DNA from: an uncultured virus (IMG/VR IMGVR_UViG_3300035654_000005)
Taxonomy: Duplodnaviria > Heunggongvirae > Uroviricota > Caudoviricetes
Strand: one strand, 5' to 3'
IMG/VR virus record: IMGVR_UViG_3300035654_000005
Length of the DNA: 64,000 nucleotides
Positions 45,901 to 56,634 of this stretch are shown here, piece after piece. The notes below the pieces were generated by a model. That model saw only the letters and a list, made by a program, of their open reading frames with translations. It was not told the DNA's origin and made no database searches. Positions within the stretch are counted from its first letter, which is position 1. Every line of letters begins with the position of its first letter. Position numbers and translations under genes: made by a program.

Positions 45901-46188
45901 TGCTAGACGTAGTACAGAATCTTTACGTTGGGCTGTCGATATAAAGTTTTCGTGTGCAGCAACGTCTATACGATATGCTAGTAATTCTGCAACATAAGCA
46001 AACGTTTCAACAATAGCAATTAATTCTGATGATTCGATAAAGTCATTAAACGACTCAGGGAATGTCAGCTTGATGTAGTCAAGCAAACTCTGCTTAACAC
46101 TAGCGTAGTCAAACGCTGTGAAATTGATAGTGTCGAATGCTTGATAAACGCGTTCAAACCCTTCTGCTTTTGAAATTAATCTACTCAT
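42912..46188 (-). CDS. Baseplate wedge protein (T4 gp6-like), across gap 44429-44438
   Basis: FNDFIESSE, ENFISTAQR.DSV.RLAKL.SY, LIFGDG.F..IP, APAVYYTQDRMVN.QDY, FFDITQWEFGETFY. Confidence 0.85.
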
Positions 46189-46565
46189 TACTGACCTTCG
46201 AAAATTATGTTGAGATCCATGTTATCTACTATGTTTAGTTCTATGTATAGCAACTTTGCAGATGCTACAATTGTGTTCTGGTCGTACAGCGGCGTGATCA
46301 CAAAATCCAAGAGTTTTACGCGTGGATCGAAGTTGATTACTTGGAGCAAGTCTTCTTGAACTATATCAAGCGTAAATTGATCCAACGGCTCAAAGGTCAA
46401 ATCAGGGATTCTTGTACCAAATCGAGGCATATGTACGCGTTCACCACGACGTGTGTATATGTGATTTAGCAAATCCATCTTCACTATATCCACATTGGTG
46501 AGAGCGAAGTTCTTTGTCTTCTGGTATTCATAAGACGAGAATCCTCTATAAATTGATCTAATCAC
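46188..46565 (-). CDS. Baseplate wedge subunit (gp25-like)
   Basis: YRGFS, DLLNH..TR.GER...P.FGT.I..L.FEP, DPRV; TATAAATA at 46590-46597. Confidence 0.9.
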   Translation of the reverse strand: MIRSIYRGFSSYEYQKTKNFALTNVDIVKMDLLNHIYTRRGERVHMPRFGTRIPDLTFEPLDQFTLDIVQEDLLQVINFDPRVKLLDFVITPLYDQNTIVASAKLLYIELNIVDNMDLNIIFEGQ

Positions 46566-46613
46566 TGACTTGTTCTCCTGAGCATCAATTATTTATAGAT
46601 AAAGTCCTATGCT

Positions 46614-48059
46614 TTATCTACGCCAGAACAAGCCACGTATAATTTTACGTCCACGTTCGATTCGGTTAACCAAATCACTAAAATATGGCACTTCAGGTTC
46701 ATGCGTAAAGTCATTTGCTGTCATGGTACGCGCGAACGGCTCGTGCGTTGGTACGCGGTTAGTCCACTTTGCTGGTTGTTCGCTAGGTGGTGATGCAGAC
46801 GTTGCAACTGCTGCGGATGGTCCGTTGTGGTGAACAGTAGCTGCTGTTACTACATAATCACCAGATGCGTTCATGTTGATTGTGTTTCCAGCAGTGCCGT
46901 TCAATGCACCACCTGATCTCAAGTTTAAATTGGACGAAGACGTAAGAAATAGTGATGAACTTGCAAGCGCATGTATATCTTGTTGAGCAGCGATAAATGC
47001 AGATGCCCCAGCTCCAACGCGCAAGTTCTGACCAACCTTAATGTGTGTGTCAGTTGTTGATTGTATTCTAACATCCGTTCCAGATACTATATGAACACCT
47101 TTTTTACCTTGCAGGCGTATAGTTTCATCAGATGTAATGTTTACATCCTTAGCTGCACGAATATTTAACTTATTACTGGTATACACGTCAATGTTGCCAT
47201 CTTGATCGAGCTCAATCCAGTTATTGCCTTCTGCTGTTGCAATATAGATACGTTCATTCGTATCATCCAATAAAATTTGATGACCGGATGTTGTACGGAA
47301 TCGCATACGGCAGTTTTCCATGCGATCGTCCATTGATATAGCGTGGAAACCTGGTGAAGTTAGAGATACCACCTTAGACTCTTGCTCAGTCTCATCATAT
47401 CTAGTGTTGCCATATCCTTGGGTTGAAGCCCATTTAGACAAGGGATCAGTAACTTCGTGATCATCTGCTGAATTGCTCTGTGTGTAGTCTAAGTGATCGA
47501 GGTTAATTGCGGCGGCTTGATAATCACCTACCCGAGATTGCCACTCATAGTTTGACGTGCTTGGTCCAAAGGCGTGGCGATAGTTAGTAGCTAGTGGTTC
47601 GATTGGACTTTCAGTTGATGTATATGGACCATATGGGGTTGAGCCAGTATCACTAGCTGCTGGGTGACCATCGTATTTGAAGCGACCGTGTGGTAGAGTA
47701 TGTGGAGATAGTGATCCATACATCGAACCAATGTATACTCGAAAGGACGGGTCATTATCCAAACACATTACCAGCACTTGTGCTCCAATTTTAGGTATGG
47801 CCCAAAAACCATACGCCACGGAGCCTTTTGATTCTTGAAATCCTGGACCTCGCGATCCAACGGAACCTTCACCACCAAACGGTGAGATATATGATGCCCA
47901 AGGCAAGTCATCAATCAAACTATCAAATGTATCACCCCATTTAGAGCATACGATTTTTAACCGACCCATTTGTTGAGGATCAGTAGTACTAACAACAGTA
48001 CCAATGGTTACCATTGTAAAGTTGGTATTTGTAGGGCTTTTATAGGCTGAATTATACAT
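46614..48059 (-). CDS. Baseplate hub central spike (gp5/VgrG-like) without lysozyme domain
   Basis: DPQQMGRLK OB-fold, P.IG..VLV, RTTSGHQILLDD, beta-helix repeats, PTHEP. Confidence 0.85.
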   Translation of the reverse strand: MYNSAYKSPTNTNFTMVTIGTVVSTTDPQQMGRLKIVCSKWGDTFDSLIDDLPWASYISPFGGEGSVGSRGPGFQESKGSVAYGFWAIPKIGAQVLVMCLDNDPSFRVYIGSMYGSLSPHTLPHGRFKYDGHPAASDTGSTPYGPYTSTESPIEPLATNYRHAFGPSTSNYEWQSRVGDYQAAAINLDHLDYTQSNSADDHEVTDPLSKWASTQGYGNTRYDETEQESKVVSLTSPGFHAISMDDRMENCRMRFRTTSGHQILLDDTNERIYIATAEGNNWIELDQDGNIDVYTSNKLNIRAAKDVNITSDETIRLQGKKGVHIVSGTDVRIQSTTDTHIKVGQNLRVGAGASAFIAAQQDIHALASSSLFLTSSSNLNLRSGGALNGTAGNTINMNASGDYVVTAATVHHNGPSAAVATSASPPSEQPAKWTNRVPTHEPFARTMTANDFTHEPEVPYFSDLVNRIERGRKIIRGLFWRR

Positions 48060-48062
48060 TAT

Positions 48063-51000
48063 TTAACTTCCACATTTTTTACGTTTTGCTACTGCTTGTT
48101 CTTTTGCTGACACTTCGCGATCGTATTTTGCTAAGCCTGCACGAACTTCTTCTGTTGTACGAGTGTGACCACCTCTACCAACGCCTGGTTTCATTAAGTC
48201 TGTGTAGAACTCATCCCTAGCTTGCTTCTTGCGGGCTGCTGCCAACGCATCGGACTGATCTTGATTTCGTTTAACCTCAGCATTATACCGCTGTGCGTCA
48301 CTTGCGTGTTTCTTGTCGTACTTATCCAGCTCAGCGTTTAGTCGAATCTTAAACTGTTCAGGAGTTTCGTGTATTGTTCTACTCGAGTACGGTTTGATAG
48401 AAGCGATGAAGTCCACTCGAGCTTGCTCGGCTTCTTTAGCTTCACCGGATGTGTAGTATGGCGTATTCTGTAAATCTTTACTAACCACATTGGACATTTG
48501 GTGCGTACCAGTCTTACCAGCTTTAATTGTAGCAATTTGCTGAGCTTCTGTAACTACTGCTTTTTTAGCCGGAGCTGGAGTAGTAGGTTGTGCTACTTTG
48601 GTAGTATTCAGTGTTCTTGCTACCCGATTTGCAGACCAAGCTTGCAATTCTTTCGCCGTAATCTCATACGGTAAGTGGTTTGGACCTGTAAACTGGCGCG
48701 TATACTTTGTACCTAATATTTCATACACTGGTGTATCTCCGCGACCTTGCTCAACAGCTACGATTACTTTGGCGGCTCTGGATCCATCAATCACGTGCGA
48801 TAGATATAGGTTTGTAGAAGATTCGTAGTCGCGTACTCCACCAGATTTAAGAGCACGGCGGTTTTCTGTTACATACTGACCAGCCGCCAAAGCTGCGTAT
48901 TGTGGGTTAAATCTGAGTGGTAGTGCTTCTGATCTTGGTGTGTTTGGAGCAATTCCTGGAATTTTACCTTGTGATACAAAGCCCATCCAAGTATCAGAAA
49001 TAAATTGGAATGCACCTGATGCAGACTGACCAGCTTCAGGATTCACAGATGTTACGCTAAAGTTTTTAGCTTCTAGTGCTGCAATTTGTGCCAATAGTAC
49101 CGGTGAAACACCTTTTACACTAGCAGCGTTTGTGATAGCAGTCTTCAATTCTGGTGAAGCATTAGCTGTGTATCCACGTACGTCGTCTACCGTATATTCT
49201 CTTCCATCAACCAGCGATTTGACGTTCTCGGTTGTATGTTGAGGGTGATCAACTGGAGTATCTGGAGGCGATGCAGGAACAGTATGTTGAGCTTTTGGTG
49301 TTGGTTCGATACCGTTACCATCATAACAAGCGTCAACTCTTCTAGCAAGGTTGCTCTTAGCGCTAGTCAAACCCTGTGGTAAGAAGTTGCGTTCCGGTAG
49401 ACCTAGAAGTTCCAAACGTTGTCTAAATTCTCCATCCTGAAATAAGTTCTCAATTCCAATAATGTAGTAATAGCCTTGAAACCAAAACTCTTTAGCATAG
49501 TCTGCCGCCCCGTCTTTGCCAACTTGAGATGATAGCAATGCAATGTCGTCGTTGTTTGACGGCATGCGGATGTTAATCTTTGCCAATGATGGGTAGTTAG
49601 AAAAGTCTAATAAAGCACCACTAGTTAATGGAGGTGAAATTGTTTGTCCACTAGCACGGTTGATTGAGTTCAATAACAACGGATTACCAGTAATAACTAC
49701 AGACGTTTCAAGTGCTTCAATAGAAGCGTGGCGTGACATCGTGTACGCAGCTTGAGATGCAGTTCCGGTATTCTGCACATTCTTGAATAGTGGAGATTGA
49801 ACATCAGTACTAAAGAACACAGGCACGGGTGCTGTGCTGGTATAGCGGTCTACGTCGGATGTACCTGGTTGTGTTTGTTTTACTGGAACAAAGCTGTTTT
49901 GTTCTTTTGTGGATAAGCTCATGGTAGCAATTTGTAAATATGCAAATCCTTGGTTCATGGTAATATCCATGTCCAATATATCTGTATTATTACCAGTGTA
50001 CATGTAGTCAAACGTGATTAAGTTACGCTGCACGTAATTCTTATCGTCCAATTTGTCTTGCAGTGATTTCGATACATTGATTGTTGCAGGTTCTATAAAT
50101 CGCTTAATGTTGTACGTTACTACATACTTTGTAGTCTTTTCTCCATTACTCTGAACGAACGACGAGTCGAATGATACATCTATTTTGTATGAGTATTTTT
50201 CAACCGGTTCTTGATTTGGTTGATCGACAGCACCACGTTCGGCTTCCACTTGAGAGCTCTTAGCCATCATCATGTGGATTGCGTCCTCGATTGACAAACC
50301 CGCAGGAACTGCAAGCTGTCCAGGTGAGGCACAATCAGGACTATCTTTTTGACTCGATGTTTGGTTCCCAACGGTGTATTTTTCTGATTGGTATTCTTTA
50401 TCTAGCTGAATCACGTAGCTAACCTCAGCTATTCGATTAGCTAACGACTGAGCATTGGTGTTAGTATCAGTCGTGGTTAGAGAAGATTGCACACAGTTGA
50501 ACAGCTTTTTATAGTTGAAGTTAATTTTTCGTTGTAACTCTTTAACCGTCTCAAATAACGTGTCGCCAGCTTTGATGCTAAACCCTTCAGCAGATTTACT
50601 GTATTGTGGAAGTCTAGCAATACCATGCTTGATACAAGCAAATTGCATGGTATACTCGCCACCATTTTGTGTGAATGAACCAGTCATATCCGTAGCCATG
50701 CATTTCAATGGCTCAACGGTTACGATCTGTTGTGGGTAGTCTTCTTGTGTTATCGCATCATGAGCGTGACCAACAAAGAAGGTTTTAATTACATACACAG
50801 CTTGAGCTGCGTCAATGTTAAGTGATCTACACGCTAAGACAATGGTGTCTAAGAAGCTGATACCTCGCGGTTCAGAGAATTGTATCATGCCTTCCATTGC
50901 TACTGATGTACCTCTATCGTACTCAGTTGCTGCAGCTACAGTAGTACCAACATATTGTAAGTTAGTTATACTAACATCAGCGTCTGATGCGCCGTCCACT

Positions 51001-51245
51001 AATACACAATACTTCCCCGTAAGCTCTGCTGGTTTATTTGCGAGTTTGATTTCACGTGGGGAGTACTTTCCATACATAGAAAACTTACCAATATCAGATA
51101 TTTCATCAGACGTTGGGTGTCTCCACTGTTCATCGTCAGACAAAATTGATAGATTGTCTGCGGTTTCCGTACTGTCACAAATAGCTAGGACGTGATAGTA
51201 CGAGTATGATCTGTAATTAGCTAACGGGTTTGCTGGAATTGACAT
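48063..51245 (-). CDS. Baseplate hub protein (gp27-like) with C-terminal lysozyme/transglycosylase-like domain
   Basis: NPL..Y.SY.Y, EP.G..F, Y.YTG.N.DIL, I.GNP, G.Y.I...N.F..G.F.Q; then AQIAALE...ASGAFQFI..TW...YLSH. Confidence 0.7.
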   Translation of the reverse strand: MSIPANPLANYRSYSYYHVLAICDSTETADNLSILSDDEQWRHPTSDEISDIGKFSMYGKYSPREIKLANKPAELTGKYCVLVDGASDADVSITNLQYVGTTVAAATEYDRGTSVAMEGMIQFSEPRGISFLDTIVLACRSLNIDAAQAVYVIKTFFVGHAHDAITQEDYPQQIVTVEPLKCMATDMTGSFTQNGGEYTMQFACIKHGIARLPQYSKSAEGFSIKAGDTLFETVKELQRKINFNYKKLFNCVQSSLTTTDTNTNAQSLANRIAEVSYVIQLDKEYQSEKYTVGNQTSSQKDSPDCASPGQLAVPAGLSIEDAIHMMMAKSSQVEAERGAVDQPNQEPVEKYSYKIDVSFDSSFVQSNGEKTTKYVVTYNIKRFIEPATINVSKSLQDKLDDKNYVQRNLITFDYMYTGNNTDILDMDITMNQGFAYLQIATMSLSTKEQNSFVPVKQTQPGTSDVDRYTSTAPVPVFFSTDVQSPLFKNVQNTGTASQAAYTMSRHASIEALETSVVITGNPLLLNSINRASGQTISPPLTSGALLDFSNYPSLAKINIRMPSNNDDIALLSSQVGKDGAADYAKEFWFQGYYYIIGIENLFQDGEFRQRLELLGLPERNFLPQGLTSAKSNLARRVDACYDGNGIEPTPKAQHTVPASPPDTPVDHPQHTTENVKSLVDGREYTVDDVRGYTANASPELKTAITNAASVKGVSPVLLAQIAALEAKNFSVTSVNPEAGQSASGAFQFISDTWMGFVSQGKIPGIAPNTPRSEALPLRFNPQYAALAAGQYVTENRRALKSGGVRDYESSTNLYLSHVIDGSRAAKVIVAVEQGRGDTPVYEILGTKYTRQFTGPNHLPYEITAKELQAWSANRVARTLNTTKVAQPTTPAPAKKAVVTEAQQIATIKAGKTGTHQMSNVVSKDLQNTPYYTSGEAKEAEQARVDFIASIKPYSSRTIHETPEQFKIRLNAELDKYDKKHASDAQRYNAEVKRNQDQSDALAAARKKQARDEFYTDLMKPGVGRGGHTRTTEEVRAGLAKYDREVSAKEQAVAKRKKCGS

Positions 51246-51575
51246 TTATGAGTTTGATAATAGTTGAGTATATAGTCTGTTTTTAGTTGGAAGAGTTATT
51301 ACACTACCAACGATAAATTCTGTATTAATATCTATGATGCTATTGTACTGGAGTACCATCCATATCAGTGACGATGTACCATATAAGTCAAACGCTAGTA
51401 AGTCTGGGCGACCAGCATACCGCGGTGTGATGGTTACTTGGACGTCTGTTGCTGCTCTCGGGAATACTTTTCGTTCCCACCACCCCAAACGGTCGGGATA
51501 TGATTCTGCTGTTCCGCCCGCAAGGTATCTACCACGTTGGTTTTGATCTGATCGAGATTGTTTTTTAGTAGCCAT
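51246..51575 (-). CDS. Baseplate wedge protein (gp53/LysM-like)
   Basis: YAGRPDLLAFDLYG...L.W.V..YN...G..I.LP. Confidence 0.85.
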   Translation of the reverse strand: MATKKQSRSDQNQRGRYLAGGTAESYPDRLGWWERKVFPRAATDVQVTITPRYAGRPDLLAFDLYGTSSLIWMVLQYNSIIDINTEFIVGSVITLPTKNRLYTQLLSNS

Positions 51576-52291
51576 TAGAAATTCACCAATCGTCCTGTTT
51601 TAAAGTCAGCTAAGCTGAACTGTTGATATTCAGATGGTGAATGTGTTTCAATGAGTGATATACTCACTTCCATCTTAGTTGGGAATGGACTAGGTAAAAC
51701 GTCGCTGCTTGGAATGTAGTCCACATCACTCGGGAATGCAATATCCAATGATGTCATCACAACCGGAACCTTGTGAATGTTAACAGCACTTTGAAGTTGA
51801 AAGCCACCTTCAGCAGTTTGACGCTGGTCTGATGACGCATATCCATAAAGGTACAACACATCCGGTGGTGCACCAAGCAATTCCGTTCCGCGATCTGCAG
51901 CTCTAACATTTGGATCTGTAGCTACACTTTCCGTAGAGTCTTTTACATCAGCTCTAAATCTTCGTTGTGCTTCCGAAAGTGTGCTACTTCTACCAAAGTA
52001 TGGAGTAGTCCATCCACGCAGTAGTTGTAGATAGTTCATATTTTCGAGAGCCTGATCAGGAGTTTTTGATACAAACGTTGCGGTAATGTTGAAATCACGG
52101 GATGATGTATTCTTGTACACTTGGATGCTACCAGGCATATGAACAGGAGACACAGGCGTGTACTCTACCTTACGTGATTCAGTAAGTGTAGGAGTTACTT
52201 TGAATATCACTTGCTCGAATTCAGACGACGTGCTAGCCCCATAAAAACTCGAGACCGCTATTAGTCTTACTCTATATCCTGCTTCGTCCAT
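51575..52291 (-). CDS. Tail tube initiator / baseplate-tube junction protein (gp48/gp54-like)
   Basis: VIF.VTP, Y.NT, GAPP.VL.L.GY, VPVV.TS....P.DVDY, FSL..F..G; late promoter 52316-52322. Confidence 0.65.
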   Translation of the reverse strand: MDEAGYRVRLIAVSSFYGASTSSEFEQVIFKVTPTLTESRKVEYTPVSPVHMPGSIQVYKNTSSRDFNITATFVSKTPDQALENMNYLQLLRGWTTPYFGRSSTLSEAQRRFRADVKDSTESVATDPNVRAADRGTELLGAPPDVLYLYGYASSDQRQTAEGGFQLQSAVNIHKVPVVMTSLDIAFPSDVDYIPSSDVLPSPFPTKMEVSISLIETHSPSEYQQFSLADFKTGRLVNF

Positions 52292-52326
52292 ATGTACATC
52301 CTTTTGTAAATAAAATATTTATGATG

Positions 52327-52355
52327 TTGACACTGCCGTACAAAACACGTATGAT
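52327..52355 (+). promoter_or_regulatory. sigma70 consensus promoter for gp55-gp47-gp46
   Basis: TTGACA-17 nt-TATGAT. Confidence 0.85.
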
Positions 52356-52393
52356 TATCGTTGAACCGCAATATAAAAATAAGAGAGTTATTC

Positions 52394-53043
52394 ATGACTT
52401 CAGAAACAACAGCAGTACCAGAGGTAGAAGTTGTACCTAAAAGATCTAAAAAAACCGCAGTGATAATCGGTGGTAAGACAGTATATCTAAACAATAAAGA
52501 ACTTCTCATTGAGATTAAGGTCGCAAAAGAGAAGGGTCGAATGACCGACAAATTGGCGGCAATGCTTCAATTACTGTGTGCAAGATATGCACGTAAAGGC
52601 AATTTCGTAAATTATTCATACAATAACGACATGCAATCATACGCTATGTTGATGTTGGTCAAGACGTGGAATAGCTTTAATCCAGACAAAGGTAGCAATC
52701 CATTCGCGTTCTTTACTCAGTGTATTAAAAACTCATTCAGACAGTACTTAAATCACGAACGCAAACATCGAGATATTCGAGANNNNNNNNNNCTGAGCTA
52801 ATCAATCAAGGTTTAAATCCTTCATACGGCTATGAATCAGGTCAACGTGATGTTGATTTATTTGAAGACGAACAAGACTTCCACACTACATACGAGCGGT
52901 TGAACAAAGCTCCAGATGTTGATAGTGATGCTGACGACAACAATAAAAACGACGATGATCTAAAAGATCCATTGGATGCTATTCCACCAGCTGAACCTGG
53001 TGAGCCAACGGTGGATGAAGAAACAGGCGAGTTACCCCTTTAA
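52394..53043 (+). CDS. Late-transcription sigma factor (T4 gp55-like), across gap 52783-52792
   Basis: YLNNKELL, NF.NYSY..DM, FNPDK.SNPFAFFTQ; after the gap ELINQGLNPSY and an acidic tail to TAA 53043. Confidence 0.88.
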
Positions 53044-53090
53044 AATTATTTTTAATTGGGTTTAATAATAAGATTCCAAAAGGAACATAC

Positions 53091-54170
53091 ATGGCTAATA
53101 TCATAGTCAAGCCGATTGGCTCGCTTGCACAGCTAGTCAAAGCGGCTAGTTTTACAGATATTCACTGGGGTTGTAAGTCGAACTCTGAACAACACAACGA
53201 GGATTGTTTAAGCTTCATTCGTTGGTTTTGTGAACAAGTACGCAACGATCCAGAGATCGACCACGTTATTTTTATGGGAGATTGGTTCGAAAACCGATCT
53301 GCTGTGAACATATCAACGATGAACTACTCGTATCTTGGTGCTAAGCTCTTAAATGAGCTTGGTATTCCAATTTACTTTATTGTAGGCAACCACGATCTAT
53401 ACCATCGTCATACCCGAGACATTCATTCTGTGGTGAACTTTCAAGAGTTCTCCAACTTTGTAATCGTAGATGATCCAATGTTGATTGAGCGTATTGGTGA
53501 TGGTTCTATTTTATCGCCGTATTTGTTCCATTCAGAATATCCTGAACTAGCGAAATTCTTAAACTACAAAACGTGGTGGGGACATTTCGAATTTAAGGGA
53601 TTTGTGATCACAGGATACAATGTACGTATGCCGACTGGACCAGATGCTGCAAATTTCGCTGGACCTGATCGTATTTTTTCTGGACACTTCCACAAGCGAC
53701 AAACTTCTGAAAATATTGTGTATATTGGCAACACCTTCCCGACTAGCTTTGGTGATGTGGGTGACTCAAATCGCGGTATGTGTGTCTACGAGCACAACGG
53801 AAACAATTTAACATTTATCGATTGGCCAGATGCACCTATGTATGTACATGCTAACTTAACAGAATTAATGGACGAGAGTCTTATATTACCGAGCGGAGCT
53901 CGTGTCAAATGTGTCGTAGATTTGCCTATTAGCTTTGAAGAGGGCAGTGTAATTAAGGCAACTTATCTACAGGATTACAGCTTGCGTGAATTTTCTCTTG
54001 AAGAATCCAACGATTTGCAAGAGGCCGTAGCTGATACAGATACTAATATTCAAGAGATGGTCGTAAAAGGTCACAGCGTAGATGAGATGGTAGTACACAT
54101 GTTGAACGATATCAAACACGATAAAATCGACAACGAAATTCTCGTCAAACAATATCAACTTTTAGGTTAA
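53091..54170 (+). CDS. Recombination nuclease (gp47, Mre11/SbcD-like)
   Basis: TDIHWG, MGDWF, VGNHD, GHFE, SGHFH phosphoesterase motifs. Confidence 0.93.
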   Translation: MANIIVKPIGSLAQLVKAASFTDIHWGCKSNSEQHNEDCLSFIRWFCEQVRNDPEIDHVIFMGDWFENRSAVNISTMNYSYLGAKLLNELGIPIYFIVGNHDLYHRHTRDIHSVVNFQEFSNFVIVDDPMLIERIGDGSILSPYLFHSEYPELAKFLNYKTWWGHFEFKGFVITGYNVRMPTGPDAANFAGPDRIFSGHFHKRQTSENIVYIGNTFPTSFGDVGDSNRGMCVYEHNGNNLTFIDWPDAPMYVHANLTELMDESLILPSGARVKCVVDLPISFEEGSVIKATYLQDYSLREFSLEESNDLQEAVADTDTNIQEMVVKGHSVDEMVVHMLNDIKHDKIDNEILVKQYQLLG

Positions 54171-54172
54171 TT

Positions 54173-55985
54173 ATGAAGATCACACTAGGCACACTTACAA
54201 TGCGTAACTTTATGAGTTACGGAAACAACGATACGGTTATTGATTTTAAACGTCCAGGTACTACTTTAATTGTAGGTGAGGACTTAGATAATACAACTGA
54301 CGGTAAATCTGCCAATGGTACAGGTAAATCAACTATAGTAAACGCTGTTTCATATGCTTTGTACGATAAAGCTGTATCCAACATATCGAAAGATAAGTTA
54401 GTAAACAACATCAACAAGAAAAATCTAATGGTATCTTTAGATTACACCGTAGGTGAAGATGCATATCGTGTGGTTCGTGAGCGTAAAACAAAAGTTGGAC
54501 CTGAAGGTAACAAAGTCCACTTTTACAAAAATGGCGTAGATGCAACACGTAGTGCTGCAGAAACAAACCGAGATATTGAAGCTAGTTTAGGGATCCCTCA
54601 CGAATTATTCTCACGAATCATTGTATTCTCTGCATCCCACGTACCTTTCTTAGATCTACCAGCCACTTCACAGGTTGGTCCAAACCAAAAAGACTTCATT
54701 GAGGAGCTATTTGGTCTAACAGCACTGAGTCAAAAAGCTGAACTGTTAAAAGCTATCATGAAAGATGGTAGGTCAGCTATTGAAACTAAGCGCGTAGCAA
54801 TTCAAGCGGTTGAAGGTGAGCATGACCGCCACAAGGTCCAAATTGAAAATGCAGTTAAGCGCGTAATGAGTTGGGAAGAGACTAATAAACAATCAATTCA
54901 AACTCTAAAAGATAAAATTGTGTGGGCAGATGGTATTGATGTGAAGGAGCAACAACGGTTGCACACTCGTGCTGATGAAATTAGATCACAATCGAAAGAC
55001 AAAAAACGTACACTTGATACGCTAACCACAGAGATTGCTCAACTAACACGTGACAAACAGACGAAGGTTGGTGAACTATCCCAGCTCAACGACGCTACGT
55101 GTCCTTACTGCAAGCAACACTACGATTCATCAGAAGAGCACAAAAAGCACGTATCCGATGCAGTGAGTGAAGCAGAAAGCAAGCTGGCTGAATTTACATC
55201 ACAACAGCAGACCATTCGCGAAGAGTGGAATGCTCTGAAAGATGAGTTAGACACAGTCGAATCTAGTATTACTGTGTCCAATATTGCAGAGTTGCAAAAC
55301 ATTGTAAGTCAGCGAGACTTATCTACTCAGAAGATCGCTGATATGGAGGCTGCTGTAAATCCATACTTAGATCCTCTGGATGAGTTGGAAAATATGAAGT
55401 TACCAGAAATTAATTATGATGAGATTGAAGCTCTGACTAAAACGCTAGAACACCAAGAATTCTTACTCAAATTATTGACTAAGAAGGACAGCTTTGTTCG
55501 TAAGGCACTGCTTGATAAGAGTTTACCGTACTTAAATTCACAATTGCGTATATACTTGAATGCACTTGGATTGCCTCATAATGTGGTGTTTACGCATGAG
55601 ATGATAGCAGAGATTTCAAGGTTTGGTACATCGTTGGACTTCGGTAATCTATCGAATGGTCAGCGAGNNNNNNNNNNGTCAGCGAGCACGTGTTAACATC
55701 GCGTTATCGTTTGCGTTTAGAAATGTATTACAGAATTTACACTCAACTATCAACTTCTGTATGTTAGATGAAGTCTTTGACTTTGGACTAGATACAGTTG
55801 GTGTGCAATTAGCTACAAAATTAGTAAAACACAAGACTAGAGAAGAAGGCTTATCTATGTTTGTGATCTCACACCGAGATGAAGTGTTCTCGTCATTTGA
55901 CAGTGTATTAACAGTACATTACAGTAAAGGATTCTCGACAATCGTGAATCCGACGAGTACTGCGGTGGAGAGTGCTGAGGAATAA
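54173..55985 (+). CDS. Recombination ATPase (gp46, Rad50/SbcC-like), across gap 55668-55677
   Basis: NFMSYG, Walker A NGTGKS, coiled coil with CPYC hook, LSNGQR signature, LDE, ISH; duplicated gap flanks merge in frame. Confidence 0.93.
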
Positions 55986-55991
55986 ACTGCC

Positions 55992-56022
55992 TAAATACCC
56001 CAAACGTTATTATTGGGGTATT
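55992..56022 (+). promoter_or_regulatory. Late promoter within an RBS-sequestering hairpin upstream of ruvC-like gene
   Basis: TAAATA 55992-55997 overlaps left arm AATACCCCAA (55994-56003); right arm TTGGGGTATT (56013-56022) holds the SD and abuts ATG 56024. Confidence 0.7.
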
Positions 56023-56023
56023 C

Positions 56024-56506
56024 ATGGCTATATTTCTAGGTGTTGATCAATCATACACTTCATGTGCATTCGTTGTATCGAATGCCGATTGTGTTATGCT
56101 GGATGTTGGTATTATTAAAACCAGCAAAACTGAAGATATATTCGTGAGAGCTTTATATATCGCTGAACAACTTAACTTGTTAATCGACAAGTATGATGTT
56201 ACTGACTTTCACATCGAAGGATTAGCGTTTGCTATGAGAGGTGATGCTACTCGTGATTTGGCTGGACTATTGTTTACCATCATCACTACGACTATGACTA
56301 AACATCCAGATGTTACGCGCAGAATTGTCGCTCCTACTTCGTTAAAGAAGATTGCTACTGGATCAGGTAAAGCTGATAAGCAGCAAATGATCGAAGCCCT
56401 TCCAGCTGGTGTACGAGAAGTCTTCAACACCAAAGGATACAAGAAAACTACTGGTCTTACGGACGTAGCCGATGCTTATTGGTTGTCCACTTATCGGCCA
56501 GTATAA
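56024..56506 (+). CDS. RuvC-like Holliday junction resolvase
   Basis: LGVDQS, IEG, PTSLKK.ATG.GKADK, D.ADAY acidic motifs. Confidence 0.85.
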   Translation: MAIFLGVDQSYTSCAFVVSNADCVMLDVGIIKTSKTEDIFVRALYIAEQLNLLIDKYDVTDFHIEGLAFAMRGDATRDLAGLLFTIITTTMTKHPDVTRRIVAPTSLKKIATGSGKADKQQMIEALPAGVREVFNTKGYKKTTGLTDVADAYWLSTYRPV

Positions 56507-56509
56507 ATA
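56502..56509 (+). promoter_or_regulatory. T4-type late promoter reading into a non-coding region
   Basis: TATAAATA overlapping the ruvC-like stop; no ORF of 60 aa or more follows on this strand. Confidence 0.6.
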
Positions 56510-56634
56510 AAATTATAATATAACATATAGAACCGAATTCAACACAACCTACCTACACAAATCAAGAAGCGAATTAATTAAAAACCAAATCTGAAACAAT
56601 CAGTATAAAATNNNNNNNNNNGTATAAAATAGAA

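Noticed and set aside
55660..55690. Apparent split gp46 and direct repeat GTCAGCGAG around the gap
   Set aside because: Duplicated flanks are contig overlap; merging them restores LSNGQRARVN in frame
56602..56630. Direct repeat GTATAAAAT as possible iterons
   Set aside because: The copies flank an N-run and are most simply one sequence duplicated by scaffolding
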